DNA of 40,827 nt, taken from the NCBI GenBank assembly GCA_964632485.1, contig CAZWDO010000028.1:1-40827 (forward strand), written 5' to 3'. The stretch comes from an uncultured bacterium. GTDB lineage: Bacteria > JAGOEH01. The notes beneath the pieces are model-generated. The model was given only the letters and a program-made list of their open reading frames with translations, was not told the origin of the DNA and searched no databases. Shown piece after piece: positions 1-8,396 of this stretch (position 1 is its first letter; the number at the start of each line of letters is the position of its first letter). Position numbers and translations under genes: made by a program.

Positions 1-880
1 GCGAATAATATTGCCCATTCACCAGTCCGTCCCAGGGATAATTCACTACAGTCGTTCCCCCGTGGTAATTGGCGGAAAGACTGAAACGGCGGCCAGCGAC
101 GAACTCCATCATAGCCCGGGTCTCCTTTTCCCGGCCTTCACCAGTATTGACCGGGTCCACATACTGATCAGGAAAATTTCGATTCAAATCTTTCCCGTTG
201 GCATTGTAACGACGGGACCCGTTAACGGTATGATTACCGCCCCAATAGGTACCGTCAGGATTCATAAGCGGCATGATCCACAATGATAAACTATCGAGCA
301 AACGCGTCACTCTCATCCCCACGCTATCGGTTTCGCCATAGTGGGTTAATAAAAAATCAATGTAGCGCAGCNNNNNNNNNNCATACCCAACCAGTTCATC
401 GCCGTGTATAGTCGCTTCTAACTGGACCTCCGGTTCCCAGGGTTCGGGAGTATTTACCTGATCGCTGAGATGGGCAAAGAGTAATAACCGTCCCTGAACA
501 CTCGTGCCAATTGTATCAATACGGCACAAATCGGGAAAATCAGTTTCAAATCTGAGCATCTGCTCTAAATATTGGTCATAGGTTGGGTATGTATCCCAAT
601 TCTGGCTGAATTCAGCGGCAGTAACCGCCATTTTGCAATCCGCCGGAGTGATTTCCTCGCGCCAATTTTCCCATTGATTAACCCATGGGCGAATCTGATG
701 CCACTCATCCTCATTCATATATACACGATACCGGCCATCAGGCATCCGACCGTCCAGGGAACAATGACGGGTGATCCAGCGCATATCAGCGCCATCTTTG
801 AATTGTATCAGGCACACTTTGTCCTGAGCCACTATTTCCATAGACATAATCAAACAAAACAACAGGATAAATTTTCTCAT
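1..880 (-). CDS. Secreted M14 zinc carboxypeptidase (CPD/CPE-like); spans the N gap and is truncated at the window edge
   Basis: Translated by hand from ATG 880, which overlaps the stop of the upstream gene (ATGA). Signal-like MRKFILLFCLIMSMEIVAQ, then IGTSVQGR and EPEVQLEATIHGDELVGY (HxxE). In the same frame after the gap: IMPLMNPDG, RRYNANGKDLNRNFPD and SANYHGGTTVVNYPWD. Confidence 0.9.
   Translation of the reverse strand, partial: MRKFILLFCLIMSMEIVAQDKVCLIQFKDGADMRWITRHCSLDGRMPDGRYRVYMNEDEWHQIRPWVNQWENWREEITPADCKMAVTAAEFSQNWDTYPTYDQYLEQMLRFETDFPDLCRIDTIGTSVQGRLLLFAHLSDQVNTPEPWEPEVQLEATIHGDELVGYXXXXLRYIDFLLTHYGETDSVGMRVTRLLDSLSLWIMPLMNPDGTYWGGNHTVNGSRRYNANGKDLNRNFPDQYVDPVNTGEGREKETRAMMEFVAGRRFSLSANYHGGTTVVNYPWDGLVNGQYYS
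372..381. other. Assembly gap (10 N)
   Basis: Run of n in the sequence. Confidence 1.
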
Positions 881-1482
881 TCCTGACGCTCTCCTTCAAT
901 GATGAACCAGGTTTTAAGGTCGCCATTCGTTTCGATCAGCATATATGCATTTAGGGAAAAAAGAACCAGAGGTTTCGGATTCAGCGCCTGCAAAGGGCTC
1001 ACAACGCCACGGTAAAGCGCGCCTGTTTCGGAAGCAGCAATCAGCGCCAGTCGGGTTTCATGCGGACAGTCAAAAGAATGGAACCGATCGCCGCAAATTG
1101 ACTGCAACGAATCCGCCATCCCGAAATCGATGTCGAGTATCAGTGAATCCGGAGGTTGCGAATGAAGTTTCTCAAACCGTCCGTTTTTCCAGTGTCCGAC
1201 ACCCTCGCCATCCGTGAACTCCCGGCATCGATAATTCAGCAAACGGAATCCCAGCAAAGAATCCTCAATAAAGGTATGCAAATATTGACCCTGATGCAGG
1301 TATTCGCCACTCCGCGTTGAATCCGCCGGAAAAGTTAATGTGGCCATCGCGCCCGTTTCGCGGACCAATCTCCATCGATCCAACGCTACATGGGGCCACG
1401 CGTTATTCCGATAACCACACAAAACGATTCCGCTTATCAGACTAAAAATTAAAAGTCCTATTAAGAGTTCTGATCTCTTCAA
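877..1482 (-). CDS. Hypothetical secreted or membrane-anchored protein
   Basis: 201-aa ORF with TTG start, GGAG upstream and an N-terminal hydrophobic segment. Its stop overlaps the M14 start. Confidence 0.7.
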   Translation of the reverse strand: MKRSELLIGLLIFSLISGIVLCGYRNNAWPHVALDRWRLVRETGAMATLTFPADSTRSGEYLHQGQYLHTFIEDSLLGFRLLNYRCREFTDGEGVGHWKNGRFEKLHSQPPDSLILDIDFGMADSLQSICGDRFHSFDCPHETRLALIAASETGALYRGVVSPLQALNPKPLVLFSLNAYMLIETNGDLKTWFIIEGERQE

Positions 1483-1527
1483 AATCGATTTCTCCGGGGA
1501 TTTCGAGCCTCCCGAAACGGTTTACCA

Positions 1528-1672
1528 TGGATTCCGTATCCGGCCAACTTCAACATCAACTATTAAATTTTCTAACATACAGCGGACAAATGTGATACAC
1601 CTCCGGAGACACCCCTGAGTCCCCCTTTGGGAGGGGGACTGTTAGGGAGTATCCACACACTTTCGGAATGAC
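1528..1672. repeat. Composite REP-like palindromic element
   Basis: On the minus strand the outer ends are TGTCATTCCG...CGGAATCCA. They enclose the hairpin AGTCCCCCT-N5-AGGGGGACT (1618-1640). Confidence 0.5.
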
Positions 1673-1709
1673 ACCGACTTTAATCAAAATACCAATTATC
1701 GCGCCAGTT

Positions 1710-4379
1710 TTATAAGCCCAATTTTTTCCGATATTCCGGTTTCGATTTAAAAATTTCATCGATCTTTTGCTGGTTCAATTCCGATTGTTCCTTTAATTTT
1801 GTCAAATCGTCCCGGGTAAGTACCTGGACAAATTCGATGCGCCGATTTTGTTTACGACCTGCGGAGGTTTTATTGGAAGCGATCGGTTTATCCGGCCCAT
1901 AGCCTATCACGATGAACTGCTCGGAACTGATCCCTTTTTGGAGGAGATGATCTTTGACCGATTGCGCGCGCATCCGGGACAGCACCATATTATAATCGTA
2001 GTCGCCGGATATATCGGTATGGCCTTCGATCACATAGCGTAAATGCTTATAATTCTGTAAAATCAATACAATCTGATCCAATTGGCCGACGGTGCTTTCT
2101 AAAATTTCAAAACTATTAACCTTGAACTGGACACCCATCAGTGCCTGCTTGATCTGTTTCTCTTCCTCTTTTTTCGGCGCCGGAGGCGTATCGGGACAAC
2201 CATCCTCATCCTCATAGTTATTGTAGGTTTCCGGGGCTTCCGGGCATTGGTCCACCGAATCGGGAATACCATCCTGGTCGCGGTCAGTAACAGGGCAGCC
2301 CTGGTTAGCTGCGGGACCGGGTTGATCCGGACAGTGGTCTAAGCTATCAGGGGTACCGTCCTGGTCGCGGTCGAAAACAGGACACCCATGATTTTCCTTC
2401 GGTCCGGCATGATCGGGACAATGGTCCAGACTATCGAGGATTCCATCCCCATCGCGGTCCATTACCGGGCAGCCATGATTGGAGCCGGGTCCGGGTTCAT
2501 TGGGACACTGGTCCAGGCTATCGGGGATTCCATCCCCGTCATTATCATATTCCGGGCACCCGTCCTGGTCTTCAAACCCATCGCGGTCTTCGGGGTTCAT
2601 AACGCACTGGTCAAGAGAATCCACGATGCCATCCCCATCGTTATCCCAATCGGGGCAGCCATCCTCGTCCTCAAACCCGTCCATATCTTCGCGCGTGCGG
2701 GGACATCGATCCAGGGTATCCGGAATGCCATCGCCATCATTATCATAATCCGGGCACCCATCTTCATCCTGAAATCCGTCAAAATCTTCCGCTAAATCAT
2801 CGCACCGATCGCGGGAATTTAAAATACCGTCCCGGTCATTATCCCCATCGAAACCCCAGACATATTTAAATCCTGCGGCAAAAGCCACTCCCTTGGAGTT
2901 TTTATCAAATATCGACTGATACCCGCGGATACCGGCATCAAACACCAGATACTGCAAATCGAGACCGAATCCGGCCGAAAACGTATAGGCTTCGTCTCCG
3001 CCAAATGCGATTCCCAGCCGCAAGGGCACTACGTCCCATAAAAACCCGTTCTGCACGCCGGCGGATATTCGAGGCACGGTGCTGGTCATCGAAGAATTCC
3101 AGAATCCCTGCTGAATGGCCGCGCTGAACATCACACTTTTCGACAGCCAGTTTACCCTGGTATCCAGGGGAATTCGATGGGCATAGCCGAAATTCAACGT
3201 GGTCGGATACGCCGTTATCATCCCCTTTTTCTCTTTCAGCCGTTGGGGCGACCCAGTGCTGCCATCGGTAAAATAACGAACTCCGTCATCGAAATTGATA
3301 TTATTCGTATCCAATGTAGATCCGTTGGGATTAAGCATTTGCCCCACCGGATTGCGCATATAGACTATATCGCTGTATTGGTTCTTGTTCCAAAAAATAA
3401 AACCGAGGATATTGTTCAGGGATATGCTGTAAGACGTCTGTTCATCAAACCAGCTCATCCCGAGATCAAAGGCGAAGCCATGGCCGGCGATATTATATCC
3501 CGCATCATTTAATCCCAGTGAATCATGGGCGATCACGCCGGAAATCCCGGCGCTGGTCCAATCGATGTAGCTCTGGGCCGGATCCCCCGGAAGCCCGTAT
3601 ATCTTGGTGACTCCCAGTGTATCGCGCGCGGTGATATGAGGTTTTAAGTGGGTATAGCCCAAACCCATCAAATATTTAAAATTCATTCCGATGGAGGCTT
3701 TGGGCATATCAAATATACTGTTAAAGGGAATCTGGCGTTCCGGGATAGGGATTGCAAACCCGAACGAGTTTTCAATCGCGCTCAAGTGCCAGATCTCACT
3801 TTTATTCAGCGCGCTCTGAGCCGGCGCTGTCGTGTAATCACTAAACAACGGGTCTTGAATTTCGTTTTCATCTTTGCTATTATAATTGATCATATTCAGT
3901 TCATCGCCATTGGCATAAAACCGGGTATAACTCATCAGGGTGGAACGAAATCCCCAGCGGCCGATGGTGATGCCCAGCAGATCATAATTCAAACCCAGAT
4001 TAAAATAAGTGTCGTTTTGCATTTCCGAAAGGGCGCGATCCTGGGCGCCTGATTTAAAGGCATCCTGACCCCGGGAGGAACTCTGTATCATGAACCATAG
4101 GGGATAAAACCCCCAATAATGATAATTATAATAGTATAGAGTTTTATTCGTAATCTCGCCATTAAAGAAAAAAATACTCGCGCTCGGCAACAGAAATACC
4201 AGTTCACTTGTTCCTTTACGGGGAAGAAGTAAATTCGCCGGATTAGTGCGTAACGCATTGACGCCGATGGCATATCCCTGATTGCTCCCAGCAAGGCCCA
4301 GCGCTCCCGGATAATAATCATACGATTGAGCTTTCGCCGCCATTAACCCTATAATCAATATAAACAAGAAACGTTGCAT
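1710..4379 (-). CDS. Outer-membrane protein: N-terminal beta-barrel, seven thrombospondin type-3-like Ca-binding repeats and a C-terminal OmpA domain
   Basis: Start moved to ATG 4379 (AGGAG upstream; signal MQRFLFILIIGLMAAKAQ). Motifs: NALRTNPANL, DxDxDGIxDxxDxC repeats, IEGHTD...LSRMRAQSVK...NRRIE. Confidence 0.88.
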   Translation of the reverse strand: MQRFLFILIIGLMAAKAQSYDYYPGALGLAGSNQGYAIGVNALRTNPANLLLPRKGTSELVFLLPSASIFFFNGEITNKTLYYYNYHYWGFYPLWFMIQSSSRGQDAFKSGAQDRALSEMQNDTYFNLGLNYDLLGITIGRWGFRSTLMSYTRFYANGDELNMINYNSKDENEIQDPLFSDYTTAPAQSALNKSEIWHLSAIENSFGFAIPIPERQIPFNSIFDMPKASIGMNFKYLMGLGYTHLKPHITARDTLGVTKIYGLPGDPAQSYIDWTSAGISGVIAHDSLGLNDAGYNIAGHGFAFDLGMSWFDEQTSYSISLNNILGFIFWNKNQYSDIVYMRNPVGQMLNPNGSTLDTNNINFDDGVRYFTDGSTGSPQRLKEKKGMITAYPTTLNFGYAHRIPLDTRVNWLSKSVMFSAAIQQGFWNSSMTSTVPRISAGVQNGFLWDVVPLRLGIAFGGDEAYTFSAGFGLDLQYLVFDAGIRGYQSIFDKNSKGVAFAAGFKYVWGFDGDNDRDGILNSRDRCDDLAEDFDGFQDEDGCPDYDNDGDGIPDTLDRCPRTREDMDGFEDEDGCPDWDNDGDGIVDSLDQCVMNPEDRDGFEDQDGCPEYDNDGDGIPDSLDQCPNEPGPGSNHGCPVMDRDGDGILDSLDHCPDHAGPKENHGCPVFDRDQDGTPDSLDHCPDQPGPAANQGCPVTDRDQDGIPDSVDQCPEAPETYNNYEDEDGCPDTPPAPKKEEEKQIKQALMGVQFKVNSFEILESTVGQLDQIVLILQNYKHLRYVIEGHTDISGDYDYNMVLSRMRAQSVKDHLLQKGISSEQFIVIGYGPDKPIASNKTSAGRKQNRRIEFVQVLTRDDLTKLKEQSELNQQKIDEIFKSKPEYRKKLGL
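2191..2843 (-). repeat. Intragenic tandem TSP3-like repeats (7 units of two lengths)
   Basis: D(N/R)DxDG(I/T)xDxxDxC followed by either ExxDGF(E/Q)DxDGCP or PGPxxNxGCP. Confidence 0.85.
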
Positions 4380-4491
4380 ACCGGCTCCTTTAGCTTCTAA
4401 AGTTTTCGCAAGGAATTCATCCATTGATTCCCAAGACAGGGTCCAATTCAAACGGAATCACCGCTTCACTCGTGAAAAAAGATCAACGGAA

Positions 4492-4520
4492 CGTCATTCC
4501 GGTATAAAACCGGAATGACG
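4492..4520. repeat. Perfect inverted repeat (REP-like element or terminator after pmbA)
   Basis: CGTCATTCCGGT-ATAAA-ACCGGAATGACG. It has the same GTCATTCCG core as the element near 1663-1672. Confidence 0.65.
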
Positions 4521-4540
4521 GGGAATATCCGACAGGCAAA

Positions 4541-5881
4541 TCAAGTCCCGCTGATCATCATTTCTTTAACGCGAAACGAGGGAGAATAAATAGAACCCAT
4601 AGGGCGCATATCATTGGCGATCATGTCGATCTGCTCCAGTATCGTCATGAACGTGGAGGCAATGGTGAATTCATTGACCGGATAAGAGATTTTACCATTT
4701 TCGATCATAAAACCCTGAGCGCCTTGAGAAAAATCGCCATTTTGAATATTGGCGCCGAACCCGGAAAGCGAGGTAACCAGGATTCCTTTTTCAGTGGCTT
4801 TCAGCAGGTCATCGAATGAATGGGACCCGGCCAGCAAATATAGATTGGCCGTTCCACCCGAATTACCGGTGGTTTTCATGCCCAATTTTTTTGCCGAATA
4901 AGTATCCAGCAAGTAGCTCTTCAGTACACCCTTTTCCACAATGGTTTTCCGGCGGGCGCGCACTCCTTCATGATCGAAGGGACGGGACCCGTTCTGCCCC
5001 GGGATCAGGGGATTCTCTTCAATTGTGATTAAATCAGCGGCGATCTGAGTACCGAGTTTATCCAACAAAAAAGATTGTTTGTTATAAAGATTATATCCGG
5101 TAATCGCCTGCGCTATGTAGCTGATGAAGCGTGTGGCGCTGGAAAAATCAAAGATGACCGGCAGTTTTTCCGAGGCCGGTTTACGCGCCCCCCGTTTTCT
5201 GAGCGCGCGTTCAGCCGCTGTTTTGGCGATCGTATCAATTGAATCGAGACGCGCAAAAAAACGGTTGGCGTCATACCAACCATCGGATTGCTTGCGAGCC
5301 GAATTGAGTCCTTCCACGCGGTCCGGGACGGCGCAACTGGCATAAATTGAAGAAAAAGTGAATGGGTAACCTTCGCAAAATCCCAACGAATTGGCAAAAA
5401 CGCTATGGCCCGTATAAGAGCTGACGCCCGTACCATCGCTAATCAGCTCAGCCTCAGCCGCCAACATTTTTTTCTCCATTTCCATGGCCATTTGAATGCG
5501 CTGTTCCGCTTTTATCTTGTTTTCTTCCGGATCAAACAGCTCTAAGTTGCCTTCTGCAATGCCTAATTCGGACTCATCGGGCAGTGAAAAAAAATCGTCG
5601 CTTCCGGTATATTTTGTCAAGCGCACGGCTTCATCCATCAAGTCGCTGATCGCTTTTTGGCTGAAATCATTGCTGCTGACGCTGGCCCGCTGCTTATTAC
5701 GGCTGACTGTAATAGCTAACGCTTTAGTATTGGCCTGCTGAAGAGTTTCGATCCGCTGTTCGCGAACAGCGATTTCATTCTCCGTTTGATAGTTGATACT
5801 CACTTCGACGGTATCGCACCCCTTCTCCTTACCCATCGCCACCACTTTTTTTGCTAAATCTTTATGTTCCTGTAATAACAT
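4541..5881 (-). CDS. pmbA: TldE/PmbA family protein
   Basis: Motifs GSRPFDHEG, GVLKSYLLD and GDFSQGAQG. No HExxH. Lies directly downstream of tldD. Confidence 0.9.
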   Translation of the reverse strand: MLLQEHKDLAKKVVAMGKEKGCDTVEVSINYQTENEIAVREQRIETLQQANTKALAITVSRNKQRASVSSNDFSQKAISDLMDEAVRLTKYTGSDDFFSLPDESELGIAEGNLELFDPEENKIKAEQRIQMAMEMEKKMLAAEAELISDGTGVSSYTGHSVFANSLGFCEGYPFTFSSIYASCAVPDRVEGLNSARKQSDGWYDANRFFARLDSIDTIAKTAAERALRKRGARKPASEKLPVIFDFSSATRFISYIAQAITGYNLYNKQSFLLDKLGTQIAADLITIEENPLIPGQNGSRPFDHEGVRARRKTIVEKGVLKSYLLDTYSAKKLGMKTTGNSGGTANLYLLAGSHSFDDLLKATEKGILVTSLSGFGANIQNGDFSQGAQGFMIENGKISYPVNEFTIASTFMTILEQIDMIANDMRPMGSIYSPSFRVKEMMISGT

Positions 5882-5897
5882 CGCTTAATCTCCCTGT

Positions 5898-7445
5898 TTA
5901 ACCTTGATTTCCACCGACAGTGATTTCCGAAACCAACACAGTGGGAAGCCCCACCCCGACCGGGACACGCTGACCTTTTCCACAAGTCCATTTACCATCG
6001 GAAAATTTAAAATCATTGGCGACACGGGTAACTTTAGTCAATACCTCGGGGCCATTGCCAATTAAGGTAAAATTTTTCACCGGATACGAAAGCTTGCCGT
6101 CTTCTATCAAATAGGCGACTGTCGGATTGAACACGAAATCGCCATTGGATATATCGACCTGTCCGCCGCTGAAAGATTGACAATAAATCCCTTTTTTAAC
6201 TCCTTTGAATATCTCTTCACGGGGCATATCGCCATTATCCAGATAAGTAATCGTCATACGCGGTATCGGGTAATAAGCATAGGATTCCCGACGGCCGTTA
6301 CCGCTTTGGGGAACTTTATAGAATTGGGCGCTGATATAGTCGTGCATATAACCGCGCAGAATCCCTTTTTCAATCAGGATAGTTTTAGACGACCGGATCG
6401 CTTCATCATCGAAATTGATGCTGCCGCGGTCGTTGGGCAGATTGCCACCGTCATAGATCGTGCAGAGTTCCGAAGCGACTTTCTCGCCGATGCGCCCGCT
6501 ATAGGCGGAAGTTCCCTTGCGGTTGAAATCGGCTTCCAGGGGATGACCAATAGCTTCGTGCAGTAGAATGCCCGAGTCACCCGCGCCGAGAACCACCGGC
6601 ATCGGACCGGATGGAGCATCCTTCGCGGAAAGCAACAATATGACCTCATCCACCGCTTCCTGAGCAATCAGTTCAGCGGATTTAACTTTTTTAAAATATT
6701 CCATACCAATACGACCGCCGCCACTTTGACGAGCGGATTGAATCTGACCGTTTTCACCGGCCACCACCGACACATTGAAGCGCAGCATCGGCTGGCTGTC
6801 AACCATCATGACGCCCTTGCTATTGGCGACCATTATCAGGGTTTGCCCGTCGGCAAACGAAACATTAACCCGCATGACCCGTTTATCCGCCGCAAACGCC
6901 CGGCTTTCAGCATTTTTTATCAAGGTAATTTTCTCGTCGCTCACGACTTCGGAAGCCGGGGCTTCTAAGGGGTACCAATTGGTGACCGACTGATGATCCA
7001 CCTTAATGGCGGGAAAGCTCTTTTTCTCGTTGGCGATTGCCGCCGCAGTTTGCGCCGCCTTGGCCAGATTCTGCGGAGTAATATCCTCGACATACGCATA
7101 TCCGGTCTGATCTCCTTTAACTACCCGGATACCGACTCCGGCCGCAATCGATTTGGTGGCGTTTTTGATGATCCCTTCCTCAAGGCTAAGGGAATTATTA
7201 ATGCCATACTGGGCATAAATATCGGCATAATCACCGCCCTTTTCCAACGCTTGCGCCAACAGTTTCTGAATTGACGCCGCATCCAGTCCAAAATTCTGTT
7301 CAAAAAACAGGGTTAAGGATTTTGATTCATTGCCGGGATCGGCAAACAAAGGACCGAAATTAGCCATTAAAGCGCCGGCTACTGTCGCTGTACCGGTAAT
7401 TTTAATGAACTCACGACGCGTGAGTTGAGAAGATTTAGGGTCCAT
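5898..7445 (-). CDS. tldD: TldD metalloprotease with a twin-arginine signal peptide
   Basis: HEAIGHPLEAD zinc motif, GNGRRESY, PRMT and C-terminal CGKGQ. Start ATG 7445 follows AAGGAGA. N-terminus contains TRREFIK. Confidence 0.92.
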   Translation of the reverse strand: MDPKSSQLTRREFIKITGTATVAGALMANFGPLFADPGNESKSLTLFFEQNFGLDAASIQKLLAQALEKGGDYADIYAQYGINNSLSLEEGIIKNATKSIAAGVGIRVVKGDQTGYAYVEDITPQNLAKAAQTAAAIANEKKSFPAIKVDHQSVTNWYPLEAPASEVVSDEKITLIKNAESRAFAADKRVMRVNVSFADGQTLIMVANSKGVMMVDSQPMLRFNVSVVAGENGQIQSARQSGGGRIGMEYFKKVKSAELIAQEAVDEVILLLSAKDAPSGPMPVVLGAGDSGILLHEAIGHPLEADFNRKGTSAYSGRIGEKVASELCTIYDGGNLPNDRGSINFDDEAIRSSKTILIEKGILRGYMHDYISAQFYKVPQSGNGRRESYAYYPIPRMTITYLDNGDMPREEIFKGVKKGIYCQSFSGGQVDISNGDFVFNPTVAYLIEDGKLSYPVKNFTLIGNGPEVLTKVTRVANDFKFSDGKWTCGKGQRVPVGVGLPTVLVSEITVGGNQG

Positions 7446-7604
7446 TACTGACTCTCCTTTCAAGAAATGAATTTGGGCCTATATACCTGAAGCGCTGCAA
7501 ATACTCCTGGTTTAAAAAACAGGCGTCTAAAAAACTTCACTAAAAATTGAAATCCATCAAACTGACGGCAGTTTTTTCTGTTCAGGTAAAAAAACCCGGT
7601 TATA

Positions 7605-8396
7605 TTAGTTAAAATACTCGATCGCGTTACGAAAAATCCGGATTCCCGCGCCTTCCTCAAACGCTTTTTCCGGTGTATTTGTCCATAAGGGATGATTTAA
7701 ATAACTATGAAATGCCTCAGGATGGGGCATAATTCCCAGTATCCGCCCCGTGGGATCACAGATAGCGGCAATGCCTTCCGGCGATCCATTGGGGTTAGCC
7801 GGAAATTCAAGGGCCACTTCATGGTTATCAGGATTCACGTATTGAAACACAATCTGTTCCTGGGACCGAATCAATTCGGCAACACTTTCATCCTGATAAA
7901 GGAAGCGGCCTTCACCATGGCGCACAGGGCAATCCAAAAAAGAGACCCCGCGGGAGAAAACGCAGGGGCTTTTGGGATTGGCCTTGAGGGTAACCCAATC
8001 ATCCCAATATCCGGGACGGCGATTATGGGTCAGTGTCACGACCTGGTTTCCCTGGAATTGTTCGTTTCCCGGCAAGATGCCCATTTTAACCAAAGTCTGG
8101 AATCCGTTGCAGATACCAAGGATCAAGGAGTCGCGCAGCATAAAACGCGTTAATTTATCCTGTAGACGGTATTTGAATTTGATGGCCAGCGCCCGGCCCG
8201 ATGCGATATGGTCGCCAAATGAAAACCCGCCGATAAATGTTAAAATCTGGTAGGAATCTAATGTGGCTATATTTTCAATCAAATCATTAATATGGATTAA
8301 ATCGGCTATCCCGCCAGCGCGTTCAAACGCAAAAGCCGTTTCAGCTTCACAGTTCAATCCGAAACCAGTCAATATAGCAATCCGCGGTTTACTCAT
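7605..8396 (-). CDS. purQ: FGAM synthase glutaminase subunit
   Basis: Motifs GFGLNCE, GGFSFGD, GICNGFQ (catalytic Cys), HGEG, NPNGS and MPHPE. Start overlaps the end of purL. Confidence 0.93.
   Translation of the reverse strand: MSKPRIAILTGFGLNCEAETAFAFERAGGIADLIHINDLIENIATLDSYQILTFIGGFSFGDHIASGRALAIKFKYRLQDKLTRFMLRDSLILGICNGFQTLVKMGILPGNEQFQGNQVVTLTHNRRPGYWDDWVTLKANPKSPCVFSRGVSFLDCPVRHGEGRFLYQDESVAELIRSQEQIVFQYVNPDNHEVALEFPANPNGSPEGIAAICDPTGRILGIMPHPEAFHSYLNHPLWTNTPEKAFEEGAGIRIFRNAIEYFN

Noticed and set aside
11..886. Plus-strand ORFs 11..286 and 572..886
   Set aside because: Antisense shadows of the M14 carboxypeptidase, which has clear motifs on the minus strand.
1556..1759. 67-aa minus-strand ORF
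   Set aside because: It overlaps the OmpA gene end and runs through the palindromic element, with no SD or recognisable motif.
2191..2843. Periodic DNA repeats as a possible CRISPR array
   Set aside because: The repeats are degenerate at third codon positions and encode TSP3-like protein repeats. There is no identical repeat/unique spacer pattern and no cas gene.
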